A stretch of DNA of 64,000 nucleotides from Maribacter sp. (lineage in GTDB: Bacteria; Bacteroidota; Bacteroidia; Flavobacteriales; Flavobacteriaceae). A program made the position numbers and the translations under genes. The notes beneath the pieces were generated by a model. It had not been told where the DNA came from. It saw only the letters and a list, made by a program, of their open reading frames with translations, and ran no database searches. The stretch spans positions 15,081 to 79,080 of the forward strand of contig JAAETN010000394.1 in the NCBI GenBank assembly GCA_024228355.1, in the 5' to 3' direction. This document shows positions 57,197-64,000 of this stretch, in pieces (position 1 is the stretch's first letter; the number at the start of each line of letters is the position of its first letter).

Positions 57197-58819
57197 ATGA
57201 ACAAAGTCAGATCAATTTTAGTGTTGGGAATTCTAATTTCAAATTTTGCCCTAGCCCAAAACAAACAAACTGGGGAAAATCTCATCGTCAATCGAACTGA
57301 ATACAAAGACAAACTTAAAGGTTTTTGGCTTGGAAGTTGTATTGCCAATTGGACCGGATTACCCACAGAAAACAGGCGCACCGATTTCCCATTTTTCACA
57401 GATGACGATTTTGGGCCAGGTAAATTCGACTATGTATTGGACCAAAGTCCATGGGGTGCCGATGATGATACAGATATTGAATATGTTTACCAACATGCCA
57501 TTGAAAAATACAATAACCCGATGCTTACAGGAAAACAAATCAGTACTGTATGGCAAGATCATATCGGGATGCCCTTGCTGTGGGTATCCAATTTATCGGC
57601 ATTGGGTCAAATGCAAAATGGCGCCATCCCACCAGAGACATCCTTTCCCAAAAACAATCCTATGTGGGACATGATCGATGCCCAATTGACCACTGAAATA
57701 TTTGGGGCCCTAGCCCCTGGAAGACCTGATGTCGCGCTACAATTAGGTCACTTGCCTATCAGAACTACAGCCTATCTACATTCGGAATGGGCAGCAGAAT
57801 TCTATATAATCATGTATTCCCTAACGGCCAATGTGGACAAATCGCTTTCAAGGAAAGAACAAATACATTGGATGGCTGAACAAGCGCGAAAACGGATCCC
57901 GGAATGGTCCTACATTGCTGACATGTATGACTTCGTCAAAGCCTCCTATGAAACCAATCCCGATAAAAACTATTGGGAGAAAACCAGGGATGAAGTTGCT
58001 AGGCGATACCAACATAAAATTACGGCTGGTTATACTTACAAATATCCTTGGGACTCAGGCATTAATTTTGCAGCCTCCATTATTAGTCTATTTTATGGGG
58101 ATGGGGACTATAAAAAAACTATTCGTATTGCTGCAATGTGCGGATGGGATTCGGACAATCCCGCCGCAACCTGGGGAGGGCTTTTGGGATTGCTGTACGG
58201 ACATAAAGGAATTCAGGAACATTTTAATAAATATGACTTTTCCAATGCGTATAATATAGCGCGAACGCGTTTTAAAATGCCTATCCCACTCGATAATTTT
58301 AACGATATGGCAGAACGTGGTACCCTAATTATAGATGATATTGTGATTAACTTCATGGGAGGTTCTGTTCAAGGTGATAATTGGTTGATTCCTGTGAAGA
58401 AAACCCTGTTTGCAACCCCAGATGTACCTATAACCATCGTCCCTTGGGTCACTATAGAAGACACTGATTCTCGTTGGGATTATAAAGGTTTTACCTCCTA
58501 TAGCGAAAATTGGAATGCTTCGGGTGCGACTCTTACTAAAGGCTATGCCAACTGCAAAGCGACATTTACATTTACAGGAACAGCAGTCCAATATTACGCT
58601 TTCCGAAGTCCTAAAGGTGGAGATGTGAGCATCTTTATTGATGATATTGACTACGGTACTTTTAGACAAGAAAACCATGCGAGTGAACATGGTCAACATT
58701 ATGTGAAAATCTTTGAAAAATTGGACCTTCCACTAGGGAAACATACTATTAAGATTGTGGGTGATAAAAAACCGACTGAAAAGACAATTGATATGCTTAC
58801 CGTTATTGCAGAAAATTAA
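57197..58819 (+). CDS. Exported ADP-ribosylglycohydrolase-fold protein with a C-terminal beta-sandwich
   Basis: Signal peptide; YKDKLKGFWLG, DDDTD and GWDSDNPAAT.GG metal motifs; C-terminal FTFTGT..G.V.IFIDD..L..G.HTIKI carbohydrate-binding-like domain. Confidence 0.78.
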   Translation: MNKVRSILVLGILISNFALAQNKQTGENLIVNRTEYKDKLKGFWLGSCIANWTGLPTENRRTDFPFFTDDDFGPGKFDYVLDQSPWGADDDTDIEYVYQHAIEKYNNPMLTGKQISTVWQDHIGMPLLWVSNLSALGQMQNGAIPPETSFPKNNPMWDMIDAQLTTEIFGALAPGRPDVALQLGHLPIRTTAYLHSEWAAEFYIIMYSLTANVDKSLSRKEQIHWMAEQARKRIPEWSYIADMYDFVKASYETNPDKNYWEKTRDEVARRYQHKITAGYTYKYPWDSGINFAASIISLFYGDGDYKKTIRIAAMCGWDSDNPAATWGGLLGLLYGHKGIQEHFNKYDFSNAYNIARTRFKMPIPLDNFNDMAERGTLIIDDIVINFMGGSVQGDNWLIPVKKTLFATPDVPITIVPWVTIEDTDSRWDYKGFTSYSENWNASGATLTKGYANCKATFTFTGTAVQYYAFRSPKGGDVSIFIDDIDYGTFRQENHASEHGQHYVKIFEKLDLPLGKHTIKIVGDKKPTEKTIDMLTVIAEN

Positions 58820-59059
58820 TTAGTTCTTATTTCACTGCACATTGCAAATTGTATTCCTCAACCTCACAAACCACGAAGTCTATTTTAAAACTATTTAAAC
58901 GCATAGACCTATTAATTTCAGTAGATAATTGATAAAATTCAGGTTAAATCGGGTTTTTGAGCAAATAAATAAGTTCCCTCTAGAACTAGAAACAAACCCT
59001 TTGGTTTGTTCTCTATTTAACTATTTTTCAAGAGTGAAGTTCTCTGAGTATTTATTATA

Positions 59060-60025
59060 CTACCTCCCAATATGAAATAAGGCATCTCCTTGATTCACTA
59101 CTGCTTGATGATTGATGCTAAAAACGAAACCATCATAAGGCGCTTTCATTTTTTTACTGTGCTTTGCATACGTATCAGTAATAAGACCCAATTCCTGACC
59201 CTTTCTTATTTCACTCCCATTAGTGATTTCTGGAATGAACATTCCTGCCGTCGGTGCTCGAAGCCATTTACGTTCTGTTAGGATCACAGTTTTCATTCTT
59301 TCAATATAAATTGGCTCTATTTTAGATATCATTTTAAAATGCTTCAGAATATTCAAGATTCCCTGCATGCCTTCTAAAATGGAATAGTCATCAAAGCGCA
59401 TACTTTCCCCAGCTTCAAAAACGATTGTAGGTTTGCCCATGTGAAAAGCGGCATTGCGAAAAGATCCTTTAATCAATCTCGATGAAAACGAAAAAGGAGC
59501 ATTGAAAACATTCGCCAATTCCTGACTATACGCATCTTCCAGCGTAAATCGTACTTGTGGGAAATTATGCCTTTGTGACCCACCTGTATGCAAGTCGATG
59601 GCAATATCCATCTGATGCATAATTTGCGATAGATAATGGTAGGCCATGCGACTGGCCATTGACCCGGATTTTGTCCCAGGAAAACTTCGGTTTACATCTT
59701 TTCCATCAGGGACATCACGCGAAAAATGGATAAATCCAAAAATATTCAAGATGGGCACGGCTATTACTGAACCCTTATTGATCTTAAATCGCTTTTGCTG
59801 TAACATACGGCGCACAATCTCAATCCCGTTAATCTCATCTCCATGTAACCCTGCCTGTACCAAAATAGTTGGTCCAGGCTTTTTGGAATTGAAAACATAG
59901 ACTGGTATGTCGATTAGCGTTCCTGTAGGGAGCCGGTCGATACTTATTTTTAAAAGTTTTTCCTCGCCGGGAGTAACAGATTCACCCCCTATTACAATGT
60001 CTTTATTTTCTTCTTCTTGGTACAT
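59060..60025 (-). CDS. Succinylglutamate desuccinylase/aspartoacylase-family (M14-like) hydrolase
   Basis: AGLHGDEING, DVNRSFPG, IDLHTGG and FEAGE motifs. Confidence 0.9.
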   Translation of the reverse strand: MYQEEENKDIVIGGESVTPGEEKLLKISIDRLPTGTLIDIPVYVFNSKKPGPTILVQAGLHGDEINGIEIVRRMLQQKRFKINKGSVIAVPILNIFGFIHFSRDVPDGKDVNRSFPGTKSGSMASRMAYHYLSQIMHQMDIAIDLHTGGSQRHNFPQVRFTLEDAYSQELANVFNAPFSFSSRLIKGSFRNAAFHMGKPTIVFEAGESMRFDDYSILEGMQGILNILKHFKMISKIEPIYIERMKTVILTERKWLRAPTAGMFIPEITNGSEIRKGQELGLITDTYAKHSKKMKAPYDGFVFSINHQAVVNQGDALFHIGR

Positions 60026-60893
60026 TTCTCTCTACAAACAGTATTATTTCTTTGGCAATATTAACTCCTGTTGCCGCTTCAATACCCTGCAATCCGGGTG
60101 ATGCATTGACCTCAATGAGCAAAGGACCTTTTTTGGAACGTATGATATCAACCCCAGCTACCCCCAAACCCAAGTGTTTAGCTGCATTCAAAGCAATAAA
60201 TTTCTCTTTAGCCGTTGGTTTTATTGCCTCTGTATATCCGCCCCGATGCACGTTAGAGCGAAACTCACCAACTGCACTGCTGCGTTTCATACTGGCAATA
60301 ACCTTATGGCCTACCACAAATATTCGAATATCTTCCCCATTTGATTCTTCGATGTACTTCTGAATAAGAATACTGGTATCCATTTTATAGAAGGTGTCAA
60401 TAATTGATTTAGCCGATTTCTTGCTTTCAGCTAAAATAACTCCTAAGCCTTGCGTGCCTTCCTGGAGCTTTATAATTACCGGTGGGCCTCCTAATAATTC
60501 TATCTGTTCCTCTATGTCATCAGGATTAATTGAAAACAATGTTTCCGGCATTGGTATATGTTTCCGGGATAAAATCTGAAGCGTACGTACCTTGTTCCTA
60601 GCCCGGGTTATACTTAAAGCACGGGCCGTGCTAAAAACCCCGTTCATCTCGAATTGTTTTACGATGGCTACGCCATGTTTGGTCACTTTTGCACCAATTC
60701 TTGGAATAATAGCATCAAAGGCATCAGTTACATTTTCATTTTGATAATAGACCATAGGTTTCCCTGAACCCAATTTTACAGCGCATTTGGTATGGTCGAT
60801 CAATTCTATGTAATGTCCTAATTTTTCAGCCTCTTCTGCAATGCGTTTGGTAGAATACACATTCATGCTGACAGATAGAAGTCCAATATCCAT
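60003..60893 (-). CDS. rimK: RimK-family ATP-grasp glutamate ligase
   Basis: AIIPRIG, IIKLQEGTQG.GV, DIRIFVVG, FRSNVHRGG, GVDII and EVNASPGL motifs. Confidence 0.85.
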   Translation of the reverse strand: MDIGLLSVSMNVYSTKRIAEEAEKLGHYIELIDHTKCAVKLGSGKPMVYYQNENVTDAFDAIIPRIGAKVTKHGVAIVKQFEMNGVFSTARALSITRARNKVRTLQILSRKHIPMPETLFSINPDDIEEQIELLGGPPVIIKLQEGTQGLGVILAESKKSAKSIIDTFYKMDTSILIQKYIEESNGEDIRIFVVGHKVIASMKRSSAVGEFRSNVHRGGYTEAIKPTAKEKFIALNAAKHLGLGVAGVDIIRSKKGPLLIEVNASPGLQGIEAATGVNIAKEIILFVERNVPRRRK

Positions 60894-61103
60894 TTAAAAT
60901 ATTTGGTTAGTTATAGAATTGGTAGGTAATATCGGTTAAAAATTACAATTCTTCCAAAACTTGGGTTTGGTTTTATCCTTATTCTTTAACAAATTGAAAT
61001 TAATTTGAATTATTTAGTAACTAAGATGAATAATACTTCATTAAACTGTTTCTAAATATGCTATATTACAGTCTCAAAGTTTGTTCATAATTTAGCGGTA
61101 ATG

Positions 61104-61111
61104 TAAATTTG
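61104..61111 (+). promoter_or_regulatory. sdhCAB -7 promoter box
   Basis: TAAATTTG ending 19 nt before the sdhC ATG. Confidence 0.65.
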
Positions 61112-61130
61112 CAACCAAAATCAACTACCA

Positions 61131-61808
61131 ATGAGCGGGTTCTTTAATTCTTCGATAGGTAGAAAGTATGCCATGGCTCTTTCTGCTTTTTTCCTTATTA
61201 TTTTCTTAGTCATTCATTTAGCGGTAAACATAACCTCGCTTTTTAGTGAAGATCTATTCAATCAATTGTCCCATTTCATGGGTACGAATCCGCTAATCCA
61301 ATTTGCAATGCAGCCAGTACTGATATTTGGCGTTGTATTCCACTTTATAATGGGCTTCGTATTAGAACTAAAAAATAAAGGTTCTCGAAACGTAAAATAT
61401 GCCAAAAACAACGGTTCGGCCAACTCAACATGGATGAGCAGAAACATGATCTATAGTGGATTGGTAATCTTGGCCTTTATCGTTCTGCATTTTATAGATT
61501 TCTGGATTCCTGAATTGAATACGAAGTATGTTCAAGGCGATATGTCCGGAATGTTAGCTGGTGAAGAGGGATTTCGTTATTTCGAGGAATTACAACACAA
61601 GTTCGTTGAACCATGGAGAGTAGGAGCCTACATAGTTGCTTTTATTTTATTGGCATTGCACCTACTTCACGGGTTTACCTCGGCGTTCCAATCAGTTGGA
61701 GCGACTATGGGAAGAAAAAAAACAATGAAAAATATTGGCAAGGCATATTCAATACTGATTCCATTAGGATTTATTGTCATTGCTCTTTTCCACCATTTTA
61801 ACCATTAA
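61131..61808 (+). CDS. sdhC: Succinate dehydrogenase cytochrome b subunit
   Basis: SSIGRKYAMALS, MARA-like MSRNMIYSG and LHLLHGF.SAFQS motifs. Confidence 0.93.
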   Translation: MSGFFNSSIGRKYAMALSAFFLIIFLVIHLAVNITSLFSEDLFNQLSHFMGTNPLIQFAMQPVLIFGVVFHFIMGFVLELKNKGSRNVKYAKNNGSANSTWMSRNMIYSGLVILAFIVLHFIDFWIPELNTKYVQGDMSGMLAGEEGFRYFEELQHKFVEPWRVGAYIVAFILLALHLLHGFTSAFQSVGATMGRKKTMKNIGKAYSILIPLGFIVIALFHHFNH

Positions 61809-61820
61809 TACCATTTACTT

Positions 61821-63836
61821 ATGTCTGTATTAGACTCAAAAGTGCCAAAAGGTCCAATTAAGGACAAGTGGACTACCTATAAGGACAAAATAAATCTTGT
61901 AAACCCCGCTAACAAACGTCATATAGACGTTATTGTGGTAGGTACAGGATTGGCTGGAGGTTCTGCCGCAGCTTCCCTTGCAGAACTAGGTTATAATGTA
62001 AAAGCATTTGCCTATCAGGATTCCCCACGTAGAGCGCATTCAATTGCCGCCCAAGGTGGTATCAATGCTGCTAAGAACTATATGGGCGATGGTGACTCTA
62101 CCTACCGCTTATTCTATGATACCGTAAAAGGTGGTGATTACCGATCACGAGAAGCCAATGTTTATAGATTAGCCGAGGTTTCTGCCAATATCATCGACCA
62201 ATGTGTTGCGCAAGGTGTTCCTTTTGCACGTGATTATGGAGGATTGTTGGACAACCGTTCCTTTGGTGGTGTATTGGTTTCAAGAACTTTCTATGCCAAG
62301 GGTCAAACAGGACAGCAATTGTTGTTGGGTTGTTATTCGGCCATGAACCGTCAAATTGCGCGTGGTAAGATTGAAATGTACAATCGCCATGAAATGCTCG
62401 ATGTAGTAAAAGTTGATGGAAAAGCTCGTGGAATTATTGCCCGAAATTTGATTACCGGTGAAATCGAAAGACATTCAGCACATGCAGTGGTCATAGCAAC
62501 TGGAGGATATGGAAATGTATATTTCCTTTCGACCAATGCCATGGGATCTAATGCGACAGCCGCGTGGAAAATTCACAAAAAAGGAGCTTTCTTTGCGAAC
62601 CCTTGTTTTACACAAATACATCCAACCTGTATTCCTAGATCTGGCGACTATCAGTCCAAATTAACCTTGATGTCAGAATCATTGCGAAATGACGGACGTA
62701 TTTGGGTGCCAAAAAACATGGATGATGTGAAGGGCATTCAAGAAGGCACGTTAAAGCCAACTCAATTGAAAGAGGAAGATCGTGATTACTTCCTTGAAAG
62801 ACGTTATCCTGCCTTTGGTAACTTGGTGCCTCGTGATGTAGCATCTAGAGCTGCTAAAGAAAGGTGTGATGCGGGGCATGGCGTTAATGCAACGGGAGAA
62901 GCGGTTTACTTGGACTTTGCTGCTGCAATTGAACGTTACGGAACGGAACAAGCTAAAATTCATGGTGTTTCAAATCCTACCAAAGAAAAAATTATTGAAC
63001 TTGGAGAAGCGGTCATTGAAGAAAAGTATGGCAACCTGTTTCAAATGTATGAGAAGATCATTGATGAAAACCCATATAAAACACCAATGATGATCTATCC
63101 TGCTACCCACTATACCATGGGTGGTGTATGGGTCGATTATAACTTAATGACCACAGTTCCTGGATTGTATTGCATCGGTGAGGCCAATTTCTCAGATCAT
63201 GGTGCCAACCGTTTAGGAGCCTCAGCTCTGATGCAAGGATTGGCTGATGGTTACTTTGTTCTACCTTATACTATCGGCGATTATTTAGCTGATGACATTA
63301 GAACAGGACCTATTTCAACTAGCACCAAAGAATTCGATGAAGTTGAAAAAGAGGTTAAAGACCGTATTGATTTCTTTATGAACAATAAGGGAACTAAATC
63401 CGTTGATCATTTCCACAAGCGTTTGGGGAAAGTAATGTGGGACAAAGTAGGTATGGCGCGTAATGAAAAAGGATTGAAAGAAGCCATGGCCGAAATAAAG
63501 GAAATTCGTGAAGAATTTTGGAAAGATGTAAAAGTACCAGGTAGTCATAACGAGATGAATCTTGAATTGGAAAAAGCAGGTAGAGTAGCCGATTTCTTGG
63601 AATTAGGGGAATTATTTGCAAAAGATGCACTTGTTCGTGAGGAATCTTGCGGAGGGCATTTCCGTGAAGAATCTGTAGAGTTGGAAGGCGAACAAAAAGG
63701 GGAAGCAAAACGTAAGGATAAAGAATTTGCATTCGTTTCTGCTTGGGAATACAAAGGAGAACCAGCCGATGCCGTATTGCACAAGGAGCAATTGGAATTT
63801 AAGGATATTGAATTAAAACAACGTAGTTATAAGTAG
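61821..63836 (+). CDS. sdhA: Succinate dehydrogenase/fumarate reductase flavoprotein
   Basis: [37 protein letters not shown] and [11 protein letters not shown] motifs. Confidence 0.97.
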   Translation: MSVLDSKVPKGPIKDKWTTYKDKINLVNPANKRHIDVIVVGTGLAGGSAAASLAELGYNVKAFAYQDSPRRAHSIAAQGGINAAKNYMGDGDSTYRLFYDTVKGGDYRSREANVYRLAEVSANIIDQCVAQGVPFARDYGGLLDNRSFGGVLVSRTFYAKGQTGQQLLLGCYSAMNRQIARGKIEMYNRHEMLDVVKVDGKARGIIARNLITGEIERHSAHAVVIATGGYGNVYFLSTNAMGSNATAAWKIHKKGAFFANPCFTQIHPTCIPRSGDYQSKLTLMSESLRNDGRIWVPKNMDDVKGIQEGTLKPTQLKEEDRDYFLERRYPAFGNLVPRDVASRAAKERCDAGHGVNATGEAVYLDFAAAIERYGTEQAKIHGVSNPTKEKIIELGEAVIEEKYGNLFQMYEKIIDENPYKTPMMIYPATHYTMGGVWVDYNLMTTVPGLYCIGEANFSDHGANRLGASALMQGLADGYFVLPYTIGDYLADDIRTGPISTSTKEFDEVEKEVKDRIDFFMNNKGTKSVDHFHKRLGKVMWDKVGMARNEKGLKEAMAEIKEIREEFWKDVKVPGSHNEMNLELEKAGRVADFLELGELFAKDALVREESCGGHFREESVELEGEQKGEAKRKDKEFAFVSAWEYKGEPADAVLHKEQLEFKDIELKQRSYK

Positions 63837-63905
63837 TTGATGGTTAATAGTTGTTAGGCGATTGAAAGAACTAACAACTGACTACTGGCAACTAAAAACT
63901 AAACC
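63834..63905. repeat. Inverted pair of 7-bp-period arrays forming a hairpin between sdhA and sdhB
   Basis: Left arm tagttga|tggttaa|tagttgt|tag; right arm ctaacaa|ctgacta|ctggcaa|ctaaaaa|ctaaacc; core AGTTGTTAG pairs with CTAACAACT. Confidence 0.75.
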
Positions 63906-63907
63906 AT

Positions 63908-64000
63908 ATGAATCTAACGCTTAAAATTTGGAGACAAAAAGGACCACAGGAAAAAGGCAAGATGGTCGATTATAAGGTGTCTGATATTTCTGAACATATG
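63908..64000 (+). CDS. sdhB: Succinate dehydrogenase Fe-S subunit (3' end lies outside the window)
   Basis: MNLTLKIWRQ..GKMVDYKVSDISEHM directly after sdhA. Confidence 0.9.
   Translation, partial: MNLTLKIWRQKGPQEKGKMVDYKVSDISEHM

Noticed and set aside
57197-58819. Anti-phage or toxin-antitoxin ADP-ribosylation system
   Set aside because: No ADP-ribosyltransferase partner nearby, and the protein is exported within a carbohydrate and sulfatase context

Overview
AT-rich bacterial chromosome segment from a marine Flavobacteriaceae (inferred from TAnnTTTG -7 promoters, Bacteroidota-type lipoproteins, and suf/sdh gene order). It is gene-dense and mostly core or nutritional: hemF and hemB, hflX, a complete sufA-B-C-D-S-E-T operon, thiL, brnQ, pepP, rimK, sdhCA and the start of sdhB, two sulfatases and several secreted beta-propeller or carbohydrate-related proteins. 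I saw no tRNA, rRNA, CRISPR array, transposase or prophage. The most unusual region is 13.2-22.2 kb, a tandemly duplicated three-part module: an outer-membrane beta-barrel gene, a TPR-sensor hybrid two-component regulator, and a divergently oriented unannotated ~165-nt promoter-to-terminator unit (putative sRNA). A third orphan copy of that unit follows. The modules carry two conserved operator-like motifs with fixed spacing. Other notable points are a short glucan phosphorylase whose PLP-binding Lys is replaced by Thr, a dRS3/REP-like inverted repeat inside suf, 7-bp-period intergenic arrays, Fur-like boxes, and a secreted ADP-ribosylglycohydrolase-fold protein next to a sulfatase. All product calls come from motif recognition; no database searches were run.
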